In this document: piece by piece, positions 21,075-34,682 of the stretch
Position numbering within the stretch: the stretch's first letter is position 1
Layout: every line of letters begins with the position of its first letter
Source of the DNA: Rhodospirillaceae bacterium
GTDB lineage: Bacteria; Pseudomonadota; Alphaproteobacteria; Rhodospirillales; Magnetospirillaceae
Direction of reading: 5' to 3'
Assembly: GCA_031290545.1 (NCBI GenBank)
Contig: JAITNJ010000012.1
Location: forward strand, 20,273 to 84,272
DNA: 64,000 nt
Made by a program: the position numbers and the translations under genes
Notes under the pieces: model-generated
What the model was told of the DNA's origin: nothing
The model's input: only the letters and a program-made list of their open reading frames with translations
Databases searched by the model: none

Positions 21075-21413
21075 TTATTGCTGGATATCATCATTATGTA
21101 ATTCAGTAACTTTAATCTGTTCGACGATAGCTTCCTGATCCAGTTTAGATATATTAATTGCTTTCTCAACAAGTACAGTTATTCTAGTTTCGTTTACTTC
21201 AACAAATCCATCAGTAACTGAAATACGTTCTTCCACCTTACCGTCATTGTAAATATCAATAATACCATGACGTATCGTAGTAATCATTGGTGCGTGTTGT
21301 GAAAGTACACCAAAATCGCCTTCTGATCCAGGAATCACTACCATATCGACCATTTCGGAAATCAATATACTTTCAAGAGAAACTATCTCAAATTCAATCT
21401 TTTCAATTACCAT
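21075..21413 (-). CDS. atpC: F1 ATP synthase epsilon subunit
   Basis: 112 aa, last gene of atpHAGDC, with VIPGSEGDFGVLSQHAPMIT. Confidence 0.9.
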   Translation of the reverse strand: MVIEKIEFEIVSLESILISEMVDMVVIPGSEGDFGVLSQHAPMITTIRHGIIDIYNDGKVEERISVTDGFVEVNETRITVLVEKAINISKLDQEAIVEQIKVTELHNDDIQQ

Positions 21414-21431
21414 ACTTGATTTAATCTCAAA

Positions 21432-23751
<2,320 letters not shown>

Positions 23752-23773
23752 TATTTAAGTCTTATTATTGTGC

Positions 23774-25306
23774 TTAAACGAAAGTCTTAGAAAAAGTATC
23801 AAGGAAATCCACAAGCTTTTTTTCTGTAGTTGTTGTAATTTGATTATCTCTTATAATATCTTGCAAAATTTCTGGGTAATTTACTCGTAATTCTTCAAGA
23901 ACGGACGATTCAAAACGAGCTACATCAACAATAGCCAATTTATCAAGATAACCATGCACTCCTGTATAAATAGAAACTACCTCTTCTTCAATAGGCATAG
24001 GAGTGTTTTGTGGTTGCTTTAGAAGTTCTGTAAGACGCGCACCACGATTTAATAAATTCTGGGTGGTTGGATCAAGATCAGATGCAAATTGAGCAAAATT
24101 AGCCATTTCTCGATATTGAGCAAGTTCTAGCTTAATCGAACCTGAAACCTGTTTCATAGCTTTTATTTGAGCTGCAGACCCAACACGTGAGACCGATAAA
24201 CCAACATTCACAGCAGGACGAATACCTTTGTAAAATAATTCAGTCTCTAGAAATATTTGACCATCAGTAATCGAAATAACATTAGTAGGAATGTATGCTG
24301 AGACATCATTAGCCTGAGTTTCAACCACAGGTAGTGCAGTCAAAGAGCCAGACCCAGCAGCATCACTCATCTTAGCCGCACGTTCAAGTAAACGAGAATG
24401 CAAGTAAAATACATCTCCTGGATAAGCTTCACGTCCAGGAGGACGACGTAGTAACAATGACATTTGACGATATGATACAGCTTGTTTTGAAAGATCATCG
24501 TAGATTATTAAAGCGTGCATACTATTATCGCGAAAATATTCACCCATAGCACAACCAGAGTATGGCGCTAAGTATTGCAGAGGAGCGGGTTCTGAAGCAG
24601 TAGCTGCAACTATAATAGAATAATCCATAGAGCCATTATCGGTTAAATTTTTAACAAGTCGTGCTACTGTCGAACGTTTTTGACCAATTGCAACATAGAT
24701 ACAATAAAGTTTTTGTGTTTCATCATCGCTTTGATTAAAGCGTTTTTGATTAAGAATAATGTCGATTAAAATAGCCGTTTTCCCAGTCTGACGATCACCA
24801 ATCACTAATTCACGTTGACCACGACCAATAGGAATTAAAGCATCGATCACCTTGATACCAGTAGACATAGGTTCGTGAACAGATTTTCGTTGAATAATGC
24901 CAGGAGCTTTAACATCAACTCGCGAAAATTTTTCTGCAACTATCGGGCCTTTACCATCGATTGGATTACCAAGCGCATCTACAACCCGACCAAGCAATCC
25001 TTTACCAACAGGAACCTCAACAATAGTACCAGTTCGCTTTACAGTATCGCCCTCCTTGATAATACGATCATCGCCAAAAATTACCACACCAACATTGTCA
25101 GATTCGAGATTCAATGCCATACCCTTGATTCCACAAGGGAATTCCACCATCTCTCCTGCTTGAATTTTATCCAAGCCATAAACTCTTGCAATTCCATCAC
25201 CAACAGAAATAACTTCTCCAATTTCAGCAACTTCTATTTCAGTACCAAAATTTTCAATTTGCTTTTTGAGTGCAGAAGAAATTTCCGCAACGCGGATCTT
25301 CATCAC
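23774..25306 (-). CDS. atpA: F1 ATP synthase alpha subunit
   Basis: 510 aa with [10 protein letters not shown] and [43 protein letters not shown]. The ATG overlaps the atpH TGA (ATGA). Confidence 0.97.
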   Translation of the reverse strand: MMKIRVAEISSALKKQIENFGTEIEVAEIGEVISVGDGIARVYGLDKIQAGEMVEFPCGIKGMALNLESDNVGVVIFGDDRIIKEGDTVKRTGTIVEVPVGKGLLGRVVDALGNPIDGKGPIVAEKFSRVDVKAPGIIQRKSVHEPMSTGIKVIDALIPIGRGQRELVIGDRQTGKTAILIDIILNQKRFNQSDDETQKLYCIYVAIGQKRSTVARLVKNLTDNGSMDYSIIVAATASEPAPLQYLAPYSGCAMGEYFRDNSMHALIIYDDLSKQAVSYRQMSLLLRRPPGREAYPGDVFYLHSRLLERAAKMSDAAGSGSLTALPVVETQANDVSAYIPTNVISITDGQIFLETELFYKGIRPAVNVGLSVSRVGSAAQIKAMKQVSGSIKLELAQYREMANFAQFASDLDPTTQNLLNRGARLTELLKQPQNTPMPIEEEVVSIYTGVHGYLDKLAIVDVARFESSVLEELRVNYPEILQDIIRDNQITTTTEKKLVDFLDTFSKTFV

Positions 25307-25881
25307 CTGATACCTTTCATAGCAAGTTGTAACCGCTGCAACTTGGTTTTAAGCGAACCGTCTACTATTAGCGATCCAAATTTGATAATAATACCCCCTA
25401 ATAAGCAAGGATCAATAACAACATTTAAAATAATATTGCCATCAATAATCTTACTTATTGCTGATCTGATATCTACAACCTGCTTTTCCGTAAGTAACGT
25501 AACAGATGTAATCATGATATTCACATCTCCATTTTTAGTAGCGATTCTTGTCAAATAAAAAGAGATTATACTATCAACTGCGAATAGACGACGATTCTTC
25601 GATGTTAATTCAAGAAAATTCTTAGTAAGAGAACAAAATTCAACAATCTCAGACAAGAAAACTATTATTTTTTGTTGTTCAATTCGTCTAGATATTGGAT
25701 TTTTAAATAACCGATTAAGACTAAAGTTTTCAGTTATCAATTTCTTTAGCATTGTTAGATCTTTAGCAACAACATCAAGACAAGATTGCTGCTCAGCCAA
25801 CTCAAACAATGCTAAAGAATATCGTTCAGCAATTAAATTTATAGTCTCAGACACCACTTTATATAATCTCCGTCTCATCAC
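25303..25881 (-). CDS. atpH: F1 ATP synthase delta (OSCP) subunit
   Basis: 192 aa. [13 protein letters not shown] is an OSCP-type N-terminus, and it is the first gene of the F1 operon. The exact start is uncertain. Confidence 0.85.
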   Translation of the reverse strand: MMRRRLYKVVSETINLIAERYSLALFELAEQQSCLDVVAKDLTMLKKLITENFSLNRLFKNPISRRIEQQKIIVFLSEIVEFCSLTKNFLELTSKNRRLFAVDSIISFYLTRIATKNGDVNIMITSVTLLTEKQVVDIRSAISKIIDGNIILNVVIDPCLLGGIIIKFGSLIVDGSLKTKLQRLQLAMKGIR

Positions 25882-25992
25882 ATCAATGAATTACATTAAT
25901 AAGAAATTACCTAAATAAATAATATCAAATTAAAGAAATTTTCACTACTAGATCAAAAAATTATTAGTTAATTGAAATGTAGATTCAATAAT

Positions 25993-26024
25993 TTATAAGT
26001 TAATTCCATAATAAAAACTTATAA
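25993..26024 (-). terminator. 9-bp AT-rich hairpin 3 nt downstream of the priA stop
   Basis: ttataagtt-(14 nt)-aacttataa. It lies between priA and the atpH promoter region. Confidence 0.3.
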
Positions 26025-26027
26025 GTA

Positions 26028-28250
26028 TCAAACAAATGAATAAGGATCGACATCGATCTGAATAAGCACTCCATTTAAAGGACAAATCTTGGAGATCCAT
26101 TGACGAACAACATCTTGTATTTTAATAGTGTTTGATGCTTTTACCAAAAGACGCATTCGATGTCTATCATTTACCATAGCAAGAGGTGCTAAAACTGGCC
26201 CTAAAACACAAATATTCTCACACTTAGGGGCTAAGTGAAACAATTGAATAGCAATATGTTCAACGTCAACAAGATTATATCCAGAGATAATTAACGCCAC
26301 TAACTTACCAAATGGTGGCATATTAGAAATTCGACGGTCTTCAGCTTCAACATGATAAAATTGCTCTTTATTGCCAGAAATCAGAGCTTGCATCACCTTG
26401 CTTTCAGGTTGATATGTTTGTAACAAAACGCGACCTTTGTGAGTTTCTCGCCCTGAACGACCAGACACTTGCGATAGCAATTGAAAAGTTCGCTCAGTTG
26501 CCCGTAGATCGCCACCAACCATCCCCTGATCAGCGTCAATCACACCTACTAACGTCAATAGTGGAAAATGATGCCCTTTTGCCATTACTTGAGTTCCAAT
26601 TAACAGATCAATCTCATAGCGCTCCATATCAACGATCAATTCTCTGACCGCACGAATATTATTTGGCGTGTCACTGGTCATAATTCTAGTTCGAGCAAAT
26701 GGAAATTTAACTGCAACATCTTCAACTAAACGTTCAACGCCAGGCCCACAAGCAACAAAACTATTTTCATCATTACATTGATTACAAGTTGTGGGTTTAA
26801 ACATTAAATAACCACAATGGTGACATTGTAATTTTCCTATTTGCCTATGATCTACTAAACAAGCTGTACATCGTGGACATTTTAAACGAAAACCACATTT
26901 ACGACAAAGCGTTAATGGCGCATATCCTCGGCGATTAAGAAACAACATTGCCTGTTCTCTATTTGATAGAGCATCTTCGATTGCCGTTACTAGTGGTGGT
27001 GACAACCAAGATTGACGTGACAATGTATAAAGACGCATATCAATTATATCAAGATTTGGCATACTAGCGTCACCATAGCGATTAGATAAACATACTTTTC
27101 CATACCGACCATTCTTAACGTTTATTTGAGTCTCAAGTGATGGTGTAGCTGAAGCTAAAATAATTGGGATTTTCCCAAGAAAAGCTCTTGCTACAGCCAT
27201 GTCTCGAGCATGATATATAACATTATTATGATAAAGATCAGCTTCTTGCTTAAATGAAGCATCATGCTCTTCATCAACAATAATTAAACCAAGATCTGGA
27301 TAAGGAAGATATAATGCAGAACGTGCGCCTACTATTACTCTTGCACTACCATTTGCAACAGCGTGCCAATAATCACGACGTAGAGTTAAGCTTAATTCCG
27401 AATGCCATTCGATTGGTAACGCGCCGAAGCGACGTTCAAATCGCGATAACCATTGTAAAGACATGGAAATTTCAGGTAATAAAACTAAAATCTGATGTCC
27501 TTGTTTAAGTACTTCAGCAATTGCCTCAAAATATACTTCAGTTTTACCAGATCCAGTTACTCCCTCAAGTAAATTGACAGAAAATTCATTGACTAATTTA
27601 CAACACAATTTACTTGCTACAATCATTTGATCGTTAGATAATGGAAAACCAGCATGTTGCCAGTTAGGAAATGCATTTACAATTCTTCGTGAAACAACAA
27701 CACGATTTATCGCGCCTGCCTTAACCAATCCTCTAATCACAGATGCACTAACATTAGACTGACGAATCAGTTCAGTCATTAGTAGTGGCTTGATAGCAAC
27801 ATTTAACACTCTACGTCGTGCTTCTGTAATTTTAATGTTTATTGGTGTAGGAACTGCTGTAACTAGAGCAATTTGATCAAGCGGCATAGGTTTAAAGACA
27901 ATCGATGTATTCATCACCATTTTTAGAACGCTACCTGGCGACGAAATTGTATAAGTAGCAACCCAATCGACTAATTGACGCGACACTAAAGGAAGCGGTA
28001 AAAGATCCAAGCGTCGACTTATAAACCGATGTTTATCAAAATTGCCATTAGCAATGCCCCAAACAACGCCATAAATATGACGATTCTTTAAAGGCACTTC
28101 TACAATATCACCTGCTTGTAATTGTTGATTTGGACCTACGGAATAATCATAAGTTCCGGTTATAGGTAATGGTAATAGCACTCTGACTAAATCACCAGAC
28201 AAAAATACATCAGAAGATTGATTTTGAAAATCATCAGTAGTAATTGACAT
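26028..28250 (-). CDS. priA: Primosomal replication-restart helicase PriA
   Basis: 740 aa with LLEGVTGSGKTEVY (Walker A), IIVDEEHD (DEXH) and the Cys-rich zinc region CRKCGFRLKCPRCTACLVDH...CHHCGY. Confidence 0.95.
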   Translation of the reverse strand: MSITTDDFQNQSSDVFLSGDLVRVLLPLPITGTYDYSVGPNQQLQAGDIVEVPLKNRHIYGVVWGIANGNFDKHRFISRRLDLLPLPLVSRQLVDWVATYTISSPGSVLKMVMNTSIVFKPMPLDQIALVTAVPTPINIKITEARRRVLNVAIKPLLMTELIRQSNVSASVIRGLVKAGAINRVVVSRRIVNAFPNWQHAGFPLSNDQMIVASKLCCKLVNEFSVNLLEGVTGSGKTEVYFEAIAEVLKQGHQILVLLPEISMSLQWLSRFERRFGALPIEWHSELSLTLRRDYWHAVANGSARVIVGARSALYLPYPDLGLIIVDEEHDASFKQEADLYHNNVIYHARDMAVARAFLGKIPIILASATPSLETQINVKNGRYGKVCLSNRYGDASMPNLDIIDMRLYTLSRQSWLSPPLVTAIEDALSNREQAMLFLNRRGYAPLTLCRKCGFRLKCPRCTACLVDHRQIGKLQCHHCGYLMFKPTTCNQCNDENSFVACGPGVERLVEDVAVKFPFARTRIMTSDTPNNIRAVRELIVDMERYEIDLLIGTQVMAKGHHFPLLTLVGVIDADQGMVGGDLRATERTFQLLSQVSGRSGRETHKGRVLLQTYQPESKVMQALISGNKEQFYHVEAEDRRISNMPPFGKLVALIISGYNLVDVEHIAIQLFHLAPKCENICVLGPVLAPLAMVNDRHRMRLLVKASNTIKIQDVVRQWISKICPLNGVLIQIDVDPYSFV

Positions 28251-28686
28251 TTAAATTAATATATTAGCAGAGCTACTTATTATAGCCTTTCGCAAAAAAA
28301 AAGATTATGATCTGCATTGTCTCCGAATAAGATATTAATGTTATTAACGGATAAATTTTGTAATTGTTCAGTAAGACTATTTATGTAAATAAGTAATTTT
28401 GAAAACCAATCTTTCAAATAGAGTAAGTTAAAAATGAACAATATAATTCATAGAAATTGAATATTGAAATTAACTTAAATAAGCAATTGAATTACAATAA
28501 ACAACTACATCTTATTTATATTGTTAGTAATTAAAAACATTTTAAAACAAATAACAACATTTTGCATTTTTGATTTATTCAAATTAAAAACCATAGTTCA
28601 TATTATTGCGCATATGTGATAGATTAAATTTAAAAATTTGGCTATTTATACATTGTTAAACTTCTTTTTTATAGATTAAAATTATT

Positions 28687-29664
28687 TTGACGACAGAAAA
28701 ATTGATATTTACACTAAACGATCCCAAATTAAAGATAACTGTAACTGCTTGGAGTAATTGGCTTATAAATGAGCGACGCGCTTCAACACATACAATCGAT
28801 GGTTATAGTCGTGATTTATTCACATTTTTTATATTTCTTTCAGAACATCTAGGGAAAGAACTTCGTCTTACCGATCTTTCAATTCTTAAACCATCTGATT
28901 TTCGTAGCTTTTTAGTTCATCGACTAACAATAGGATTAGGACGAACTTCAATAAGACGTACAATTTCGTCATTACGTAGTTTCTTTAAATACCTTGATCA
29001 CAATCAATTACTTCACAATCATGCATTGAATGCAATACGATCACCAAAACCATCTCATACATTACCAAAAACATTAACAACCAAAGAAGCTATAAATACA
29101 CTGTGTGAAATAGCAACTCTACAAAATAAACCTTGGATGGCAGCTCGTGATACTGCAATTTTTACACTACTTTATGGCTGTGGTTTGCGACTTGGTGAAG
29201 CATTAGCGCTTAATCGTAATAACAAACCGACTGGTGAAATAATGACGATCACTGGAAAGGGCCAAAAACAACGCTTAGTTCCGCTATTGCAAGAGGTTGT
29301 GAAAGCCATCGACTTTTATATTGAACAATGTCCATATAAAGGATTATCGTCTGATCCTTTATTTGTAGGTGCGCGTGGGAAACGACTAAATCCTGGAGTT
29401 GTTCAACGTCAAATGCGCCACCTTAGAGCTTTACTCGGATTACCAGAAACAATTACACCACATGCTCTTCGTCACAGCTTTGCTACACATCTATTATCAA
29501 ATGGTGGTGATTTACGAACAATACAAGAACTATTAGGCCACGCATCTCTATCAACTACACAACGCTATACTGAAATTGATTCAGAAAAAATTACTGCTAT
29601 ATATCGCGATGCACATCCACGTGCATTAATGCCCAACAATGATCACAAAATAGAAAATATCTAA
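28687..29664 (+). CDS. xerC: Site-specific tyrosine recombinase, XerC-like
   Basis: 325 aa with RDTAIFTLLYGCGLRLGEALAL and HALRHSFATHLLSNGGDLRTIQELLGHASLSTTQRYTEI (R..HxxR..Y catalytic pattern). RHSFATH / QELLGHA favours XerC over XerD. The start is TTG. Confidence 0.8.
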   Translation: MTTEKLIFTLNDPKLKITVTAWSNWLINERRASTHTIDGYSRDLFTFFIFLSEHLGKELRLTDLSILKPSDFRSFLVHRLTIGLGRTSIRRTISSLRSFFKYLDHNQLLHNHALNAIRSPKPSHTLPKTLTTKEAINTLCEIATLQNKPWMAARDTAIFTLLYGCGLRLGEALALNRNNKPTGEIMTITGKGQKQRLVPLLQEVVKAIDFYIEQCPYKGLSSDPLFVGARGKRLNPGVVQRQMRHLRALLGLPETITPHALRHSFATHLLSNGGDLRTIQELLGHASLSTTQRYTEIDSEKITAIYRDAHPRALMPNNDHKIENI

Positions 29665-30013
29665 TATCAATAGTTGTGTTAGCAATACATCGCCATTACG
29701 ATTATTAGAGATATTAATGTTAATATAGTTATTCACAATAATAAACTTTACTAATGTTTTTAATTTAAATCGCCTCTCTATGCTAATAATGTATTATGAC
29801 AAGTCAACTATTATTACTTAAAGGCTAATAATAGTATATCGCAATTACATGAATGAAGTTTTATCGTAAATAAATCTATACAGTACATACAAAAAGTAAT
29901 AGTTAAAAACTAATAATTTTTTTAAAAGCTAGGTTTTGAAAATAATAAAGATTCAACTAAATTCACCACATTCTGAATTTATGTAGCATTATTTATTAGT
30001 AAGGATCATTTTT

Positions 30014-30781
30014 ATGAGATTTACCAGAGTGTCTTTTGTTGCTGCTGATAATGACGTTTCTCAACAAGCTTTAAAACGTTTGCGCCAGCGTTATGGTGTA
30101 GTTAATCAGGAAGATGCTGATTCTATCATAGTTCTAGGTGGTGATGGTTTTATGTTAGAAACATTACATGATCATATTTATAATCATATTCCTGTTTATG
30201 GTATGAATCGCGGCACAATAGGCTTTTTGCTCAATGTATATACTGAAGATAATCTCATGGAGCGTTTGGAACGTGCAGAGATTGTTCGATTACATCCTTT
30301 AATCATGAATGCAATAACTGTAGACGGACAATCTCATGAAGCATTGGCTATAAATGAAGTTTCTTTACTTCGAGAAACACGCCAAGCCGCCAAAATAAGA
30401 ATTCATGTCAATGATAAAGTTCGTCTTGAAAAACTAATATGTGACGGTGTACTATTATCGACTCCAGTAGGTAGCACAGCATATAATCTTTCGGCTCACG
30501 GTCCTATCATTCCAATGGGCGCTAAAATACTTGCACTAACTTCAATTTCAGCCTTTCGGCCTAGACGTTGGCGAGGCGCTTTGCTATCACACAAAGCAAA
30601 GGTGTTATTTGAAATTCTAGAAAGTGAAAAACGTTGCGTTAAAGCAATAGCCGACTACATGGAAGTACGTAATGTTGTTAAAGTAAAGGTTTACGAAGAT
30701 TGTAGTACATACTTTGATTTGCTATTTGATCCAGAGCGTAATCTCGAAGAACGAATTCTTACAGAACAATTCATTCAGTAA
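30014..30781 (+). CDS. nadK: NAD kinase
   Basis: 255 aa with [37 protein letters not shown]. Confidence 0.92.
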   Translation: MRFTRVSFVAADNDVSQQALKRLRQRYGVVNQEDADSIIVLGGDGFMLETLHDHIYNHIPVYGMNRGTIGFLLNVYTEDNLMERLERAEIVRLHPLIMNAITVDGQSHEALAINEVSLLRETRQAAKIRIHVNDKVRLEKLICDGVLLSTPVGSTAYNLSAHGPIIPMGAKILALTSISAFRPRRWRGALLSHKAKVLFEILESEKRCVKAIADYMEVRNVVKVKVYEDCSTYFDLLFDPERNLEERILTEQFIQ

Positions 30782-30915
30782 TTCAATTTTATTTAATACA
30801 ATGTAACTTGAGTCACATACTGACAATTTTCTACAATTTAAATAAAAAATTTTTTTAGCAAGATGATTTACTAGTGTTTTTTGAATTATTAAACAAATAT
30901 AATCAATAATATTTA

Positions 30916-32301
30916 TTAATTTACGTATGGGTTATGACGTTTTCGTAATGCAAGACGAATTGGAATACCAGCAAAATCAAATTCCTTACGTAGATCGTTA
31001 ATAAGATATCGATTATATGATTCTGGAATTTCTTCAGCACGTTGTGTAAATATCGAAAACGTTGGTGGTCTTATTCGTACCTGAGTTATATAACGTAAAT
31101 GAATTCGACGCCCACTTTTAATGACTGGTGGTGGATGACGGTCTATAACATCGCTAAGCCATCGATTAAGATATCCAGTCGATATGCGCTTGTTCCACGT
31201 TTTATATATACACATTATCGCATTCATTAAACGGTCAAGACCTTCTCCAAACAAAGCAGAGATCGTGATTATTGGAACACCACGCACTTGTGGCAAAGAT
31301 ATAGATAATCGATCCTTTAAATGTTGCATAACTTCGTTGCAATTTTCGATTATATCCCATTTATTAACGGCTATTACCAAAGCTCGACCCTCATCAATAA
31401 CCATACGTGCAATAGTTAAATCTTGTTTATCTAAAATAGTTTTAGCATCTATAACTAATACGACTACATGTGCCATATGAATAGTTTTAATAGTACTCAA
31501 CACGGAAAGATGTTCTATCGAATCTGAAATATTTGCACTTCGACGCAAACCAGCAGTATCAACCAAAAGAATCGGATGATCTTTATATTTCCATTCGTTT
31601 ACAATTGAATCACGAGTCAATCCAGATTCAGGACCAGTTATCATGCGATCTTCGTTCAATAAGCGATTGGTAATAGTTGATTTACCAACATTAGGTCGAC
31701 CAACTACGACCATTTTAATGAGCTCAATTTTCTTTAGTTCATTAACTTCGTTGTTATCTTCATTTTCCTTGCAAGTTTCAACTTTCATCATTTCAAATGC
31801 ATCGTGTTTAATAGCAAATGGTATTAAGGCATTATAAAGATCATCAATCCCCTGTCCATGTTCAGCAGAAAAGGGTATTGGTTCACCAAACCCAAAACTA
31901 TAAGATTCATAAAATCCATGTGCAATTTTTTTGTTTTCACATTTATTGGCCACTACAACTACAGGAGTTAAGCTTTTACGTAACTGATTGGCAAAAAAAA
32001 CGTCGAACGGTGTTATTCCGTTTCTAGCATCAATTAAAAATAAAATAACATCAGCTTCACTAATAGCATGTTTCGTTTGTTCACTCATTCTACCTTCGAT
32101 AGAATCATCGATAATGTCAGTTAAACCTGCTGTGTCAATTAAAGTGAAAATAATATTAAAAAGCTTACAGTGTCCTTCATGACGATCACGAGTTACTCCT
32201 GGTCGATCATGAACGATCGCTAAACGACTATTTGTTAGACGATTAAACAATGTTGACTTTCCTACATTAGGACACCCAACGATAGCTACTTTCAAACTCA
32301 T
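30916..32301 (-). CDS. der: Ribosome-biogenesis GTPase Der (EngA)
   Basis: 461 aa with two G domains (GCPNVGKSTLFN, DTAGL, NKCE; GRPNVGKSTITN, DTAGLRR, NKWD) and a KH-like C-terminus. Confidence 0.95.
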   Translation of the reverse strand: MSLKVAIVGCPNVGKSTLFNRLTNSRLAIVHDRPGVTRDRHEGHCKLFNIIFTLIDTAGLTDIIDDSIEGRMSEQTKHAISEADVILFLIDARNGITPFDVFFANQLRKSLTPVVVVANKCENKKIAHGFYESYSFGFGEPIPFSAEHGQGIDDLYNALIPFAIKHDAFEMMKVETCKENEDNNEVNELKKIELIKMVVVGRPNVGKSTITNRLLNEDRMITGPESGLTRDSIVNEWKYKDHPILLVDTAGLRRSANISDSIEHLSVLSTIKTIHMAHVVVLVIDAKTILDKQDLTIARMVIDEGRALVIAVNKWDIIENCNEVMQHLKDRLSISLPQVRGVPIITISALFGEGLDRLMNAIMCIYKTWNKRISTGYLNRWLSDVIDRHPPPVIKSGRRIHLRYITQVRIRPPTFSIFTQRAEEIPESYNRYLINDLRKEFDFAGIPIRLALRKRHNPYVN

Positions 32302-32444
32302 TAAGTAGCAAACCTTTCTCGATAAATAATAAGAAAACGATATACTGTTCGCATTCTTAACAAAACATGATTATAAAAAATGACTTACAGAAAACCGCAT
32401 GTGATTTTACTTAGCTTATTTATTTAAATCTATAAAAGCAAAAC

Positions 32445-33749
32445 TTAGCGATAAGCAATCAACTCGCCGTTTTTGGTCATAAACAAAAGCGTTTCATTAG
32501 CAATGATTGGAGCAATAGTAACACCAGTTGGCAATTCTTTTTGTTCTAAAACTTCCCCTGTATATGGTGATAAAAAAACAACATTTCCAGACGAAGAAAC
32601 AGTTATTAATTTATTAGATGCTAACAAGGGGCCAGACCAAGCTAAATGAGGTTTTTTTTCTGAAAAATTTAGATTTTTAATCCAATGCACCTGTCCGGTA
32701 TCAGCTTCAAAACAAATAAGTTCGGAATTCTTATTGATCAAATAAACATAATTATCAGCAACCCATGGCGTCTGCATTGATCCGACGTTCTTCTCCCAAA
32801 TTCGCCGCCCAGTATGCAAATCTATAGCCATGAAAACATCACTATTGTTAATAACAAATACGCGATCATTATCAATAATTGGCAATCCGCGGATATCAGT
32901 TAATGCAGTGGCTTGATTAGTGCCTTTTAAGACAGAAATAATTTCATTCCATTTTACTGAACCATTTTCTAAGTTTAATGCAAGTACTTCACCTGATTTA
33001 TAAGAAACAACCACAAAATCTTCGTAAACAGCCGGACTATTTCCTCCAATTATTGATGTCATTTCATCAATACCAACGTGACGCCATAATTCATGCCCAT
33101 CATCAGATGATAGACATAGGGTTAAATTATCAACAGTCATCAATAGAACACGTCCAGCAATAACTGTTGGTGCACCACGAACTGGAGACACAAGAGATCG
33201 ACGCCACAGAATATTTCCATCAACGCTATTTATCGCTAGAAGTTCAGCAAATTGACTAGTAATAAACAATTTGTCATTATCGAATGCAATGCCACCGCCA
33301 TAACTACCATCATTAATATCTTTTCTTGTCAGATCAGTTTCCCACAAAAGCTTCCCGTTTTTAAGATCGTAAGCTGATGCCACAGACTCAGAATCCATCG
33401 CAAAAACTTTACCTTTAGCAACAACAGGCTGAGTCAAAAAAACATGTTTCTTACTAGCGCCAGCACCGATGTTAGCGCTCCAAACACGTTGTAAATTATC
33501 TCGTATCGATAGATGAGACATTGTATGTGATGGAAAACCTCCAACTTGTGGCCATTCGTCAACATTTTTCGGAGGTGGTAAGACAATAGATGCTTCCTTC
33601 TCAACATCAACCTTCAAAGGTTCTTGTTGTATAAGAATATCAATTCGTTCTCCATGTAAAGGTGTTGGGGGATTATCTCCATACCAACTATTCTCAGAGC
33701 AAGAAACAAGAAATCCGCATAAAATAAGAATATAAGCAAGACGATACAT
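32445..33749 (-). CDS. bamB: Outer-membrane protein assembly lipoprotein BamB (PQQ-like beta-propeller)
   Basis: Repeated G.LLW / G..LW / G..IW propeller motifs. I place the start at ATG 33749 (MYRLAYILILCGFLVSC), which gives a signal peptide and lipobox LVSC. AAGGA lies 10 nt upstream. The gene sits between yfgM-like and der, as in many proteobacteria. Confidence 0.88.
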   Translation of the reverse strand: MYRLAYILILCGFLVSCSENSWYGDNPPTPLHGERIDILIQQEPLKVDVEKEASIVLPPPKNVDEWPQVGGFPSHTMSHLSIRDNLQRVWSANIGAGASKKHVFLTQPVVAKGKVFAMDSESVASAYDLKNGKLLWETDLTRKDINDGSYGGGIAFDNDKLFITSQFAELLAINSVDGNILWRRSLVSPVRGAPTVIAGRVLLMTVDNLTLCLSSDDGHELWRHVGIDEMTSIIGGNSPAVYEDFVVVSYKSGEVLALNLENGSVKWNEIISVLKGTNQATALTDIRGLPIIDNDRVFVINNSDVFMAIDLHTGRRIWEKNVGSMQTPWVADNYVYLINKNSELICFEADTGQVHWIKNLNFSEKKPHLAWSGPLLASNKLITVSSSGNVVFLSPYTGEVLEQKELPTGVTIAPIIANETLLFMTKNGELIAYR

Positions 33750-33762
33750 TATAAGATCATCC

Positions 33763-34446
33763 TTAGCCTTTGGCTTCATCAGCAACAGGCGATAAAATTG
33801 TCAACACTTCAGTAGCACGATCGCGAATACCAGACGGAGTTTTTGAATCTTCAGCAAGCTGTTTATAAAGCTCAATAGCACGCTGGGTATTGCCATTCTT
33901 TTTAGCAATTATTGCCAGAATCTCAATTGCTGAAAACCTCCAAGGATTAGAAATAGTATTAAGTGGTGTAATTCGTTTCTCGATTACGATAGAATCATCT
34001 ATATCTAACTTTAGTAGCGTCATTTTTATAGTAGCAAGGTCACGATACAATGCATGTATAGACGAACTGGCAATTCGGTCATATATAACAGCAGCAGCAT
34101 CAATATCGCCACGATCAGCTAATAACTCAGCACGACGCATATTAGCCATTAAAGCAAATCCTGTGTAGCCATCATTGGCTAATTTATCAAGAACAATCAA
34201 CCCTTCATCAGTTTTATCTTTATTTATTAACTCATTGGCAATAGCAAATTTAGTAGACTCTCTCTGAGACTGGAACTTTCGCCACTCCTGCCAACCTTGA
34301 TAACCGAAAACAACAAAAATAACAACTACTACTGCGATAATAATATATTTACTATAATGTTTCCATAGTCGATGGTATTGATCAAGGCGTAGTTCTTCAT
34401 CTACCTCTTGAATTAGAAAATTATTTTGATCGTCATTAGCGCCCAC
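33763..34446 (-). CDS. YfgM-like membrane-anchored tetratricopeptide-repeat protein
   Basis: 227 aa with an N-terminal transmembrane segment (IIIAVVVVIFVVFGY) followed by TPR-like helices. It holds the conserved position upstream of bamB-der. Confidence 0.7.
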   Translation of the reverse strand: MGANDDQNNFLIQEVDEELRLDQYHRLWKHYSKYIIIAVVVVIFVVFGYQGWQEWRKFQSQRESTKFAIANELINKDKTDEGLIVLDKLANDGYTGFALMANMRRAELLADRGDIDAAAVIYDRIASSSIHALYRDLATIKMTLLKLDIDDSIVIEKRITPLNTISNPWRFSAIEILAIIAKKNGNTQRAIELYKQLAEDSKTPSGIRDRATEVLTILSPVADEAKG

Positions 34447-34623
34447 TATCTATAATCTCCACAATATTGTATATATCAACAATTTTAATGAGTTCATATT
34501 GAATATGTTTTTATCATATTACATAAAATAATAACAATAGAACCGATCCATTAGCATTATAGCAGTCAAAGATTAGATTATCTTTTTCAGAATTTACCAC
34601 TAACATATATGAATCTTAAACTA

Positions 34624-34653
34624 GTATATCATCAATGTACATTGATGATATAC
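34624..34653 (-). terminator. Perfect 30-nt palindrome 30 nt downstream of the lptG stop; putative terminator
   Basis: gtatatcatcaatgt/acattgatgatatac pairs at all 15 positions (checked base by base). Confidence 0.4.
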
Positions 34654-34682
34654 GTCATTCAACATAAAATCTTTCTGTATCT

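Noticed and set aside
24875-25558. 227-aa ORF on the + strand, with a nested 88-aa ORF at 24897-25163
   Set aside because: It is entirely antisense to atpA and atpH, which carry unmistakable ATP synthase motifs. Its product is low-complexity (N/S/I/F-rich) with no recognisable motif. This is the classic shadow ORF produced by codon bias.
28605-28629. dif-like sequence attgcgcatatgtgatagattaaat just upstream of xerC. It resembles the GCGCATAA...TTAAAT parts of the E. coli dif site.
   Set aside because: Only 9 nt separate GCGCATA from TTAAAT, against 12 nt in dif, so two 11-bp arms with a 6-8-bp central region cannot be accommodated. The XerD-arm match is mostly the generic TTAAAT, and dif is expected near the terminus rather than next to xerC. 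A genome-wide dif PWM/HMM scan plus GC-skew would settle it.
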